Assembly (NCBI GenBank): GCA_034435995.1 | Contig: DAOTWC010000081.1 | Span: forward strand, 12,795 to 76,794 | Reading direction: 5' to 3' | DNA from: Anaerolineae bacterium | GTDB lineage: Bacteria; Chloroflexota; Anaerolineae; Aggregatilineales; Phototrophicaceae | DNA length: 64,000 nt | Shown here: in pieces, positions 53,157-61,687 of the stretch | Layout: every line of letters starts with the position of its first letter | How positions within the stretch are numbered: the first letter of the stretch is position 1 | Program-made: the position numbers and the translations under genes | Notes under the pieces: generated by a model | Seen by the model: only the letters and a program-made list of their open reading frames with translations | Databases searched by the model: none | Told to the model about the DNA's origin: nothing

Positions 53157-53519
53157 TTAACCTCGCACCTGGCGCAGGAAGAAAATCAGCGCCACGCCCA
53201 ACAGCAGCGCCGGCCAGTACAGGTCTACGCCGGCCGGGCCGCGCAAGCCGCCGCTGGCCCAAGCCGCCCAGCCGCCGAACGTGACGGCGGCCAGCACAAT
53301 CGTCAGCAGCAGCAGGCCTGCGCCGCCGCGCGGCCGCCGCGTCGGCGACGCCTGCGGCACGAGCATCCACAGCGCCAAGTACAGCAGCGCCGCCGCCCCC
53401 AGTGTGAGCGGCGTCAGCGCGATGAACGCGGCCCGCAGCCACCACGCGCTGACCCGCAGCAGCGCGGCCAGCCCGCCGCACACGCCGCCCAGCACGCGGT
53501 CGTCAAAACTTCGGTACAT
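53157..53519 (-). CDS. PspC-domain membrane protein
   Basis: Start at ATG 53519 (MYRSFDDRVLGGVCGGLAALLRVSAWWLRAAF, the PspC signature). The longer ORF-track version runs into the tRNA gene and was rejected. Confidence 0.75.
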   Translation of the reverse strand: MYRSFDDRVLGGVCGGLAALLRVSAWWLRAAFIALTPLTLGAAALLYLALWMLVPQASPTRRPRGGAGLLLLTIVLAAVTFGGWAAWASGGLRGPAGVDLYWPALLLGVALIFFLRQVRG

Positions 53520-53644
53520 GGCCCTTCCCCGTTGTTGCAGGCTAACTATAACCCCGCAGGCGAACCTGGCGCAAGCGCCGGCGCAGCCCGCGGTGTTGAC
53601 TCCGCTGGTGGACGGGGCTATTATCCTGGCAAGCGGCAGACACA

Positions 53645-53675
53645 AACAAAAAACCAGGGCTGCTTCCAGCCCTGG
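53645..53675 (-). terminator. Rho-independent terminator downstream of tRNA-Leu
   Basis: On the minus strand: CCAGGGCTGGAAGCAGCCCTGG, a 9-bp stem with a 4-nt loop (53654-53675), followed by TTTTTTGTTTG. Confidence 0.6.
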
Positions 53676-53682
53676 CGTGGTG

Positions 53683-53766
53683 TGCCGATGGTGGGAGTCG
53701 AACCCACACGCCCTCGCGGGCAATGCTTTTTGAGAGCATCACGTCTGCCTGTTCCGTCACATCGGC
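53683..53766 (-). tRNA. tRNA-Leu (anticodon CAA), class II with long variable arm; CCA not encoded
   Basis: Minus-strand sequence: GCCGATGTGACGGAACAGGCAGACGTGATGCTCTCAAAAAGCATTGCCCGCGAGGGCGTGTGGGTTCGACTCCCACCATCGGCA. Acceptor stem is GCCGATG/CATCGGC. The D-arm is ACG-GAACAGGCAGA-CGT. The anticodon stem ATGCT/AGCAT carries the loop CTCAAAA. The T-arm is GTGGG-TTCGACT-CCCAC. The variable arm is 15 nt. Confidence 0.85.
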
Positions 53767-53824
53767 GTAAGCAGGCCGCAGACCGCACACCTTTAATCCT
53801 AGAAACAAACGGCGTGATTGTCAA

Positions 53825-54457
53825 TTGGCAATGGCTGGTCACACACAGGACGACGCAGCGCTGATCCGTCGGGCGCAGAACGGCAGCCTGGACGCCTTTA
53901 ACGCGCTGGTGCTGCGCCACCAAGACATGGTCTACAGCGTGTGCTACCGCATTATGGGCGACGCGGCCAGCGCCGCTGACGCTGCGCAGGAGACGTTCAT
54001 TGCCGCGTTCAAGCGCATCACCACTTACCGGGGCGGCAGCTTCCGCGCCTGGCTGCTGCGCATTGCCACCAACGCCTGCTACGACGAGCTGCGCCGTCGC
54101 CGCCGCCGCCCGGTGGACTCGCTGGAGGCGCTGGCCGGGCCGGACGCCGACGACGGCCCGCCCATCGCCGACGACGCGCCCACGCCGGAGCAGGCGGCCC
54201 AGCAGCGCGAGCTGGCCCGCGCCATCCAGAGCTGCATCAACGCGCTGGCGGACTCGCAGCGCGTGGTGCTGGTGCTGAGCGACATCGAGGGCCTCAGCTA
54301 CCAGGAGATCGTCGAGATCACCGGCGCTAACCTGGGCACAGTCAAATCGCGGCTGAGCCGGGCGCGGCTGGCCGTGCGCGATTGTTTGCAGGGCGCGCGG
54401 GAACTTTTGCCCGCTGCCTATCGTCTTATTACTGAGTCTAACGAGCCGAACGCCTGA
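53825..54457 (+). CDS. ECF-type RNA polymerase sigma factor
   Basis: Region 2 (FNALVLRHQDMVYSVCYRIMGD...AQETFIAAF) and region 4 (LSDIEGLSYQEIVEITGANLGTVKSRLSRAR) signatures. Confidence 0.85.
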   Translation: MAMAGHTQDDAALIRRAQNGSLDAFNALVLRHQDMVYSVCYRIMGDAASAADAAQETFIAAFKRITTYRGGSFRAWLLRIATNACYDELRRRRRRPVDSLEALAGPDADDGPPIADDAPTPEQAAQQRELARAIQSCINALADSQRVVLVLSDIEGLSYQEIVEITGANLGTVKSRLSRARLAVRDCLQGARELLPAAYRLITESNEPNA

Positions 54458-54475
54458 GCTTGTGCCGGAAGTCCG

Positions 54476-55315
54476 ATGTCTGACCTGAACGACCGCAACG
54501 TAGAGCAGCTCTCCGCCTATTTAGACGGAGCGCTAAGCGAGCGCGAGCGCGCCACGCTGGAGGTCCGCCTGCAGGCGGAGCCAGCGCTGCGCGCCGAACT
54601 CGACTCGCTGCGGCAGACGGTCGCGCTGGTGCGCGGGCTGCCCCGGCTGCAAGCGCCGCGCAGTTTCGCGCTCACGCCGGAGCAGGCCGGGCTGGCCGAA
54701 CAAGCGCGCCGTCTGCCGTTCTACCTGTCGGGCGCGTTCAGCGCGCTCAGCGCCGCCGCTGCCGTCGTGCTGGTGGCGCTGGGCGGCTATCTGCTGCTGG
54801 GTGCGCCGGCACAGCCAGCGCCGGCGGCCGCGCCTGTGCTGCTGCAGGCGGAGGCCGCGCCCACAGTGCCGCTGCCCAGCGAGCGGCTGGGCATCACACC
54901 GCTGCCCACGCTGGCCCCGGCCAACGTGCAGGGGGCCGATACCTACAACGCCGGCCGCGGCGCGCCGCAGACAGCGCAAATCCCGCAAGCCGGCGCTGTG
55001 CCCGGCGCAGCCGGAGAGGCAGACGCGGTCTACAGCGCGCCCGCGCTGGAGGCGGCCCCAGAGGTGAGCGCCGCCGAGGCGCTGCCGACCCAGACGCCCG
55101 CGCTGCCGGACGCTCCGGCCGAGGCGGCTGTTGAGGCGGCGGAAGCGCTGCCTACACTGGCCTCCACGCCGGCCCCGCTGCCGGATGCAGCGCTGTTCGA
55201 GACAGCGCCGCCGCTGCCGCTGACCGCCGCCGCGCTGGTGGCCGGCGGGCTGGGCCTGCTGCTGCTGGCCGCCGTCACCACGCTGGCGCGCCGTCACCGC
55301 CTCACTCGGCTGTGA
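54476..55315 (+). CDS. Anti-sigma factor (zf-HC2-like N-terminus, TM, Ala/Pro-rich extracytoplasmic region, C-terminal TM)
   Basis: It lies immediately downstream of the ECF sigma gene. The N-terminus LSAYLDGALSERERATLEVRLQAEPALRAELDSL is typical of anti-sigma N-domains. Hydrophobic segments sit at about aa 90-115 and 250-270. Confidence 0.7.
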   Translation: MSDLNDRNVEQLSAYLDGALSERERATLEVRLQAEPALRAELDSLRQTVALVRGLPRLQAPRSFALTPEQAGLAEQARRLPFYLSGAFSALSAAAAVVLVALGGYLLLGAPAQPAPAAAPVLLQAEAAPTVPLPSERLGITPLPTLAPANVQGADTYNAGRGAPQTAQIPQAGAVPGAAGEADAVYSAPALEAAPEVSAAEALPTQTPALPDAPAEAAVEAAEALPTLASTPAPLPDAALFETAPPLPLTAAALVAGGLGLLLLAAVTTLARRHRLTRL

Positions 55316-55818
55316 GCCAGCCCCGCGCCGCCTACTTCTGCCCGCGCTGCGGCGCGCGCCTGGAGCAGCGCCAGCGCAGCGGCGCGCTGCGGCCGGTGTG
55401 CCCGGCCTGCGACTACACCGTCTACTTTGACCCCAAAGTGGCCGCCGCTGTGCTGGTTTGCAGCGCCGACCGCGTGCTGCTGGTGCGGCGCGCCAACGAC
55501 CCGTTTCAAGGGCGCTGGACGCTGCCCGCCGGCTTTGTGGACGCCGGCGAGGATCCGGCAGCGGCTGCCGCCCGCGAGGCGCTGGAGGAGACCGGCCTGA
55601 CGGTGACGATTGACCGGCTACTGGATGTCTTTCACACGCCGGACGACGGCGGCCTGGCCGACATCGTCATTGTGTACCGGGCCAGCGTCGTCGGCGGGGC
55701 GCTGCGCGCCGCTGACGATGCCGACGCAGCCGCCTGGTTCAGCCCAGCCGACGTGCCGGCGCTGGCCTTCCTGCCGTCGCAGGCGATTGTCGGGCGCTGG
55801 CAGCGCGGCGAGCTGTAG
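55312..55818 (+). CDS. NUDIX hydrolase with N-terminal zinc ribbon
   Basis: GTGA overlap with the anti-sigma stop. Zinc ribbon is CPRCG...CPAC. The Nudix box is GFVDAGEDPAAAAAREALEETGL. Confidence 0.8.
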   Translation: MSQPRAAYFCPRCGARLEQRQRSGALRPVCPACDYTVYFDPKVAAAVLVCSADRVLLVRRANDPFQGRWTLPAGFVDAGEDPAAAAAREALEETGLTVTIDRLLDVFHTPDDGGLADIVIVYRASVVGGALRAADDADAAAWFSPADVPALAFLPSQAIVGRWQRGEL

Positions 55819-55900
55819 CGGGGGCGGCGGCGCGGGCCGCGCGCGCTATAATCCCGCGCTGGCGCAGCGCGCCAACTTAGCGCGAAGGACGGGAGACACC

Positions 55901-56839
55901 ATGACGGCATATGCAGGCAGCCTTTTCAGCACTTACAGCGTGGTCGCGCGCGACCCCGAAACCGGCGATCTAGGCGTGGCGGTGCAGACACACCAGATGT
56001 GCGTAGGGCGCATTGTCCCGTGGCTGCTGCCAGGGGTCGGCGCGCTGGCGACGCAGTCGCTGGTCAACATCGGTTTTGGCCCAGCAGGGCTGGCGCTGCT
56101 GCGCGAGGGCGTGCCTGCGCCGCACGTCGTGGCGGCGCTGGTAGCGTCGGACAATCTGGCACACCGCCGGCAGGTCGCTGTGGTGGACGCGCACGGGCGG
56201 GCGGCGGCCCACACCGGCGCGGGCTGCATCGCCGCCGCCGGTCACCGCGTGGGCGAAGGCTACAGCGTGCAGGCCAACATGATGACCAACCCAACGGTAG
56301 TAGACGCGATGGCCGCCGCCTACGAACAGGCCAGCGGCTACCTGGCGCAGCGGATGCTGGCGGCGCTGGCGGCGGCGCAGGCCGAAGGCGGCGACATTCG
56401 GGGGATGCAGTCGGCGGCGCTCAAGGTCGTGCCGGGGGACGCCGCTCAACCAGAGTGGGCAGCGCGCTACGACTTGCGAGTGGACGAGCACAACAACCCG
56501 CTGGCGGAGCTGGCGCGGCTGGCGCGGCTGCGCGGCGCGCAGCTCACCGACGCGCGCGGCCACGAGGCGCTTCAAGCCGGCGACCGGGCCAGCGCGCTGG
56601 CGCTGTGGGCGCAGGCGCGCGCCCAGGCCCCAGAGCTGGAGGAGATGGCGTTCTGGCAGGCGCTGGCGCTGGCCGACGCGCACGCCGACGTTGAAGCTGC
56701 TGCTGCGATTCTGCGGCCGGCGCTGGCGGACGACCCGCGCCGCGACCACTGGCTAGACCTGATCCAGCGGCTGAGCGTGTGCGGCTTGATCGAGCGCGAG
56801 GGGGCGGGCGAGGATTTGATCGCGGCGCTGCTGGCGTAG
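55901..56839 (+). CDS. DUF1028-family (Ntn-hydrolase-fold) protein
   Basis: ATG at 55901 has AAGGACGGGAG upstream. TYSVVARDPETGDLGVAVQTHQ..VG..VPW..PGVGA.ATQS matches DUF1028. The ORF-track start at 55610 overlaps the NUDIX gene and was rejected. Confidence 0.7.
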   Translation: MTAYAGSLFSTYSVVARDPETGDLGVAVQTHQMCVGRIVPWLLPGVGALATQSLVNIGFGPAGLALLREGVPAPHVVAALVASDNLAHRRQVAVVDAHGRAAAHTGAGCIAAAGHRVGEGYSVQANMMTNPTVVDAMAAAYEQASGYLAQRMLAALAAAQAEGGDIRGMQSAALKVVPGDAAQPEWAARYDLRVDEHNNPLAELARLARLRGAQLTDARGHEALQAGDRASALALWAQARAQAPELEEMAFWQALALADAHADVEAAAAILRPALADDPRRDHWLDLIQRLSVCGLIEREGAGEDLIAALLA

Positions 56840-56843
56840 CGGC

Positions 56844-58061
56844 CTACTGCTGCGCCGCCGGGCCGGGGAAGGCCCAGGCCAGCGCCTCGGGCAGGGCGGC
56901 GCGGTAGCCCACCAGGCCGTGGCCTGTGCCCAGCTCGACGAAGCGGTAGTCCAGGTCGCGCTGAGCGGCGCGCGCCTCCAGCGCGGCGCGCAGGGCGCGC
57001 GCCGGGTTGACGAAGCGGGCGGCAGTCTCGTGCCGCCCCACCGATTGGAACACGCGCTCCGGCAGGCGTTCCTGCTGCTCGAAGCGGCGCACCAGCCCGG
57101 CAAGCTGCGTCTCGAACGGCCCCTTGCCCAACGGCGGCGACACCATCACCAGCCGTTCGAACACGACCGGGTTCATCAGCGCGGCGTGCGCCGCCGCCAC
57201 CGCGCCCAGGTCAACGCCGCCCACGCCCAGGCTGGTGGGGTCAATGCGGTAGTGGGTCTGCACGAAGGGCAGCAGCTCGGTGAGCAGGAAGGTGTAGTGG
57301 CGGTCGTTGGCGGCGTACTCGCGGGCGCGCTCGTCCGGCGTGCCGCTCTGCACCATGGCGATGACCACCGGCTGCATCTGCCCGTGCTTGATCAGCGCGT
57401 CGGCGATGTAGGGCACCTGCAGCGGGCCGGTGCACCACAGCGCATCGTGCAGAATCAGCAGCGGGTACTCGTCATCGGGGGTGGCGTCTTGGCGGTAGCC
57501 GGGCGGGGTGTAGACCCACAGCTTGCGCCCTTTGAAACCGAGCTGGCGGCTGTCCACGCGCTCGTGCTGGATGACGCGGCCGCGCGGCACGTTGGGCATG
57601 GCGGCCCAATCGGCAAACGGGCGGGCCTGCGGCATGCGCAGCACCGACACCGAAATCTGCGGCGTTTCCAGGCGCAGCGGATTGAGCGGGTCTACCCGCC
57701 AGTAGCGGCTGATGCGCCCCACCAGATCGCGCTCGCCGGCCAGCGGCGTCATCGGGTCGTTGATGGCCAGCATGTAGTCCAGCAGGTCGTCTGGGGCGAA
57801 AGCGTGGGCCGCGTACCACAGCGTAGTGCCGGGCAGGTTGGCCATCGGGTGGAAGGGCGGGTCGTCCTTGATGACGTCCAGGTTGACCGCCGCTGCCTGC
57901 GTGCCTGGTTCGTTAAAGATGAAGGTAGCCCGGTTGGCTTCAATCCAGGGCCAGGCTGGGCGTTCCTGCAGCAGCGCATCAACCATGTGCTGGCGCTGCT
58001 CGTCGCTGTCTGTCTGAAGCGCCGCCGTCAGAAAGGCCTGGAATGACTGCCACTCTGGCAT
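56844..58061 (-). CDS. Enterochelin-esterase-like alpha/beta-hydrolase family protein with N-terminal beta-sandwich domain
   Basis: RKLWVYTPPGY......YPLLILHD and the downstream elbow region are typical of the putative esterase family. The elbow here reads GGVDLGA where G-x-S-x-G is expected. Confidence 0.65.
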   Translation of the reverse strand: MPEWQSFQAFLTAALQTDSDEQRQHMVDALLQERPAWPWIEANRATFIFNEPGTQAAAVNLDVIKDDPPFHPMANLPGTTLWYAAHAFAPDDLLDYMLAINDPMTPLAGERDLVGRISRYWRVDPLNPLRLETPQISVSVLRMPQARPFADWAAMPNVPRGRVIQHERVDSRQLGFKGRKLWVYTPPGYRQDATPDDEYPLLILHDALWCTGPLQVPYIADALIKHGQMQPVVIAMVQSGTPDERAREYAANDRHYTFLLTELLPFVQTHYRIDPTSLGVGGVDLGAVAAAHAALMNPVVFERLVMVSPPLGKGPFETQLAGLVRRFEQQERLPERVFQSVGRHETAARFVNPARALRAALEARAAQRDLDYRFVELGTGHGLVGYRAALPEALAWAFPGPAAQQ

Positions 58062-58155
58062 CGCCCTGCTCCCGTGTGCACGTGCTCCGGACTCTTTCGG
58101 TATTGTAGCATCAACACAAATACGCTGCTATTCGCGCGCGGGCGGCGGCTGGGCT

Positions 58156-59184
58156 TCAGCGCCGTGCGCTCTTGTCGCGGTCGCCCAGCAGGCGCTTGGC
58201 CAGGTAGCCGCCCATCAGGCCGGTCATGATCGTCTCGCCGGTGGTGGGGCGCGGCGCGGGGGCCTGCTGCTCCCAGCTACCGCTGAAGCGCCGGTTAACC
58301 CACGCGCTGTAAGCGTCAGCCGCGTCAATGACAGCCGCCTCGACGGCGGCGCGGTCGCCGGCGGCCAGGACGTCGCGCAGCGCCTGCAGCGTGGCGATCA
58401 GGTGGTCGGTGTGGCGCACCAGGGCGTCGCGGTTGTTCAGCCACAGGTCGCGCAGGTCGTCGGGGTGGGTGTCGAACAGGTGGTGGGTGGCGCGGCCAAA
58501 ATCCGGGTTGGTCATGCGCTGCAGGTCGTCCCAGCCCGGGCTGGTCAGGGCGGCGCGAAACAGCGCCACGCCCAGCAGGGCCGGCAGCCCAGCGACCGCG
58601 CCCACCAGGCTGTCGTGTTCGGCGGGGTCCATGAAGCGCACGTTCGCGCCCAACAGGGTGGCGAAATCAGAGGCCAGCTCGACGGCGGCGGGGACGCAGT
58701 TGGCCGCGGGCATGAGCAGCAGCGTGCCTCTGTCGAACAGGTCAGCGGCGGCGTAGCCGGTGTCGTCCAGGCCGTCGAACAGATACTGCGGGTTGAGCAC
58801 GGGCGTCACGCCCACCTGGTGCGCCTCGGCGTTGAGGTACTCAGCGGCCCAGGCCGCTGACGGCAGCTTGAGCGGCGCCATGTCCAGCACTACGCCGCCG
58901 GGGCGCACCGCCGGGCCGCCCTCGCGGTAGACGCGGCGCAGCTCGGCGTAGGGTGGCGCCAGCACGACGATGTCGCGGTCGCGGGCAGCTTCGGCCAGGC
59001 TGCGCGCCAGGCGGTCTACGGCGCCCAGCTTCTCCACGTCCTTGAGCACGCCGGGCCGGTCCTCCACGCCGGTGATGTCGAACTGGTGGCGGGCATCCGG
59101 CCTGGCGTTGTAGCGCTTGAGCGCCAGCCCGACTGAAGCGCCCATGCGCCCCAGGCCGGCAATTGTTACAGTAATCTTGGCCAT
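58156..59184 (-). CDS. Prephenate/arogenate dehydrogenase-family oxidoreductase
   Basis: N-terminal Rossmann motif (ITVTIAGLGRMGASVGLAL). The central HQVGVTPV... region fits a TyrA-like layout. Assignment is moderate. Confidence 0.55.
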   Translation of the reverse strand: MAKITVTIAGLGRMGASVGLALKRYNARPDARHQFDITGVEDRPGVLKDVEKLGAVDRLARSLAEAARDRDIVVLAPPYAELRRVYREGGPAVRPGGVVLDMAPLKLPSAAWAAEYLNAEAHQVGVTPVLNPQYLFDGLDDTGYAAADLFDRGTLLLMPAANCVPAAVELASDFATLLGANVRFMDPAEHDSLVGAVAGLPALLGVALFRAALTSPGWDDLQRMTNPDFGRATHHLFDTHPDDLRDLWLNNRDALVRHTDHLIATLQALRDVLAAGDRAAVEAAVIDAADAYSAWVNRRFSGSWEQQAPAPRPTTGETIMTGLMGGYLAKRLLGDRDKSARR

Positions 59185-59305
59185 CGTACATTACGCTCCG
59201 TGTATACGCACGCCTAATCATACCGCAGACTTACGCGGGGCACAGCGCCGCACGGTATACTTGAATCGAGAAAAGCTGGATAAAGCACACATGGAGGCAA
59301 GCGGT

Positions 59306-60388
59306 ATGATAACCCTGGACAGCGTGCGCGAACTGCTGGCTGAAGCCGACGACCAGACCCTGACCATTACGCTGGAAGTCAACCCGGCGCTGCCGGAGAA
59401 CCAGGCCGCGACCCCTGGCTGGCGCATCTGGCTGAAGAACGCCCTGAAAGATGTGGAGGCCGGCCTGCAGCCGGAACAGATGGAGGCCTGGCGCGCTATC
59501 CGCCCGCGGGTGGACGCCTTCTTTCAGGATTACCTGCCGAAGAGCCGGGGCCTGGCCTTGTACATGGGCCGCAGCCTGGAGCGGGTCTACGAGCTGTCGG
59601 TTGCGTTTGAGAACCGGGCTGTGTTCGGGCCGCCGGTGGTGGCCCCGCTGCTGTGGGCGGTGGACGAGTACGAGCCGTATCTGATCATCCAAGTAGACCA
59701 GGAAAAGGCCCAGTTCCTCAGCGCATACCTGGGCGGCGCAGGCACGGAAGAGACGATCACGCTGGAGCTGGCCTCGGAGGACTGGCGGCAGTACACGATG
59801 GCCCCGACGATGGCGCCGGTCACGGCCGGCGGCGGCACAATACAGGGCAGCCACCGCGACCGGTTTATGGATCGCGTGGACGAGCAGATCGAGCGCTTTC
59901 ACCGCCAGGTTGTGAGCCAAGCTCAGGAGCTGGTGAAGAAGAACGGGGCACAGCGCATTATCTTGGCGGGGCCAGAGGAGGCGGCCCACGCTGTGCGGCG
60001 GCTGATGCCAGAATCGCTGGCGCAGGCGGTGGTGGCTATCCTGCCCATCCCGCTGCGCGCCGCCCCGCACGAGGTGCTGGCCCAGGCGCTGCCGGTGGCG
60101 TTGGAATACGAGCGCCAGCGCGAAGTCGCCCTGGTGGATCAGGTGATCGGGCTGGCGAGGGCCGGCGGGCGCGGCGCGGTGGGCCGCGACGACGTGCTGG
60201 CCGCGCTGGAGCAGCGGCGCGTCGAGGTGCTGCTGGTCCCCTGGCCGCTGACTGACCGCGACCTGCGGGCGCGGCTGTCGGTGCAGGCGTTCGAGGCGGG
60301 CAGCGATGTTGAGATGGTGCGCGGCGCGGCGGCGGAGAAGCTGGAGGCAGTGGGCGGGCTGGCCGCCCGTCTGTACTACGCCGTGTGA
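59306..60388 (+). CDS. eRF1-like protein (bacterial archaeo-eukaryotic release-factor, baeRF-type)
   Basis: ATG at 59306 has GGAGG 8 nt upstream. The central loop AGGGTIQGSHRDRF aligns by eye with the eRF1 GGQ loop (GRGGQSALRF). The C-terminal part follows eRF1 domain-3-like patterns (RIILAGPEE..., GRGAVGRDDVLAALEQRRVEVLLV, GLAARLYY). Confidence 0.6.
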   Translation: MITLDSVRELLAEADDQTLTITLEVNPALPENQAATPGWRIWLKNALKDVEAGLQPEQMEAWRAIRPRVDAFFQDYLPKSRGLALYMGRSLERVYELSVAFENRAVFGPPVVAPLLWAVDEYEPYLIIQVDQEKAQFLSAYLGGAGTEETITLELASEDWRQYTMAPTMAPVTAGGGTIQGSHRDRFMDRVDEQIERFHRQVVSQAQELVKKNGAQRIILAGPEEAAHAVRRLMPESLAQAVVAILPIPLRAAPHEVLAQALPVALEYERQREVALVDQVIGLARAGGRGAVGRDDVLAALEQRRVEVLLVPWPLTDRDLRARLSVQAFEAGSDVEMVRGAAAEKLEAVGGLAARLYYAV

Positions 60389-60411
60389 CGCGCTGACGCG
60401 CGCCGCCGGCG

Positions 60412-61266
60412 TCAGCTCCAGTCGTTGTGCGCCTTGATGAGCGCGTAGGCGGCGTTGAGCGCCTTGAAGCGCGCCTCGGCCTCGGCCTTGTCCAGCGGGC
60501 TGACATCCGGGTGCAGCGCCAGCGCCTGGCGGCGAAAAGCCGCTTTGACCTCCTCGCGGCTGGCCTCGCGGCTGACGCCCAGCAGGGCGTAGCTGCGCTC
60601 CAGCGGCGTGAGGGCGCGCGGCGGTGGCGGCGGTGGCGGCGCGCTGCCGTTGGCTGGGGCGGCGCGCGGGCGCGGGGGGGGCGTGTGGGCGGCGCGGCGC
60701 GCCTGCCGTGTGCCGTCGTCGCGCCAGAACGGATCCGCACCGAAGTGCGCCACCAGCCAGAAGCCCTTGACGAAGTGCGGCTTGATGGTGGTGCGCTGGT
60801 AGTGCAGCCGGTCGAACGCCACCGGCGGGCCGTAGACGGCGCGGAAGCGGCTGGCGATGGTCGTTGGCTCCAGATGCACCTGCGCCAAGCAGAGATCAGG
60901 GCCGGCGCAGAAGGTGTAGATGCGCTCGGCGCTGAGGGCGTGCACGGCCAGCAGCCACTCCGGCGCTGGCCCGACTGAGTCAGGCGCGGGCAGCAGCGCA
61001 GGGTGGACGATGAACAGCGCGCCAACCCCGCCGTCGGTGTCGGCCCGGACGGCGTCGCGCACTTGGCGCGTCTTGACCGGCTGCTCCAGCAGGTAGACGT
61101 GAATCCTGACGCCGGTCCACATGTGAATAGTGAGGGCGGCGTCCAGCGGGCGCAGCGTGAGGCTTGCCGGCCCGCCAAATGTGCAGCGCTGCACCCCCAT
61201 CAGCTCTTCCAGGCGCGCTTTCAGCCAGTGTTCAAATCTGCCGCTCATCGTCCTTGTCGTCCGCAT
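60412..61266 (-). CDS. Protein with uncharacterised N-terminal domain, Pro/Ala linker and C-terminal J domain
   Basis: The C-terminal 65 aa form a J domain with an HPD motif (SYALLGVSREASREEVKAAFRRQALALHPDVS...FKALNAAYALI). The start is uncertain: ATG 61266 or 61248. Confidence 0.65.
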   Translation of the reverse strand: MRTTRTMSGRFEHWLKARLEELMGVQRCTFGGPASLTLRPLDAALTIHMWTGVRIHVYLLEQPVKTRQVRDAVRADTDGGVGALFIVHPALLPAPDSVGPAPEWLLAVHALSAERIYTFCAGPDLCLAQVHLEPTTIASRFRAVYGPPVAFDRLHYQRTTIKPHFVKGFWLVAHFGADPFWRDDGTRQARRAAHTPPPRPRAAPANGSAPPPPPPPRALTPLERSYALLGVSREASREEVKAAFRRQALALHPDVSPLDKAEAEARFKALNAAYALIKAHNDWS

Positions 61267-61687
61267 CGCCCGACGGTGCGCGCAGCGCCAGCCACGCCAG
61301 CCCCGCTCCCAGCCCCAGCAGCGCGCCGGCCAGTGTCCAGGCGGGGCCGCGCCCCAGCAGCGCGCCGATCAGGCCTGGGGGGTAATCGGGGAAAACGTGG
61401 GCGTGCAGCGCGTTCTTAAAGAACATCAGCCCAGCGCTGGCTACTGCCGCGCCCAAGCCAATGGCCGCGCCCAGCAGCGCCCCCGCCAGCGGGACGGCGT
61501 GCGCTGCAATGCGCCTACCACCTAGTTTATCCGCAGTGGTTAAGACCAGCATGAGCGCTGCTAAGCCCAGCCCCAGCGCGGCCGCTGCGGCCACGCTGTT
61601 CTCCTCCAGCGACAGCCACAGCATCAGTCCGCCGCCGTAAGCCAGGGCAATCAGGCGGGCGCGCGGCCCAGCTGCGGGTATGCGCAT
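61232..61687 (-). CDS. Hypothetical small membrane protein (about four TM helices, Gly/Ala-rich)
   Basis: The ORF starts directly after the stop of the upstream amylase gene. It is hydrophobic and Gly/Ala-rich with an acidic C-terminus. Confidence 0.55.
   Translation of the reverse strand: MRIPAAGPRARLIALAYGGGLMLWLSLEENSVAAAAALGLGLAALMLVLTTADKLGGRRIAAHAVPLAGALLGAAIGLGAAVASAGLMFFKNALHAHVFPDYPPGLIGALLGRGPAWTLAGALLGLGAGLAWLALRAPSGDADDKDDERQI

Noticed and set aside
53520-53723. The N-terminal extension of the PspC-domain ORF (53157-53723).
   Set aside because: The extension reads through the tRNA-Leu gene and its terminator. The GFDSHH peptide is a classic tRNA T-arm translation artefact. The PspC signature starts at the internal Met at 53519.
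53600-53830. The tRNA-Leu locus as an integration site for a mobile element.
   Set aside because: There is no integrase, recombinase or transposase within the window. I saw no direct repeat of the tRNA 3' end, and the flanking genes look like ordinary chromosomal envelope-stress genes.
55610-55900. Upstream extension of the DUF1028 ORF (ORF-track start 55610).
   Set aside because: It overlaps the 3' half of the NUDIX gene in another frame and is Ala/Arg/Ser-rich. An ATG at 55901 has a good RBS and opens directly into the DUF1028 N-terminal motif.
60036-61178. 380-aa minus-strand ORF rich in Arg/Pro/Ala.
   Set aside because: It overlaps both the eRF1-like gene (antisense) and the J-domain gene (out of frame). 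The composition is typical of spurious GC-rich frames.
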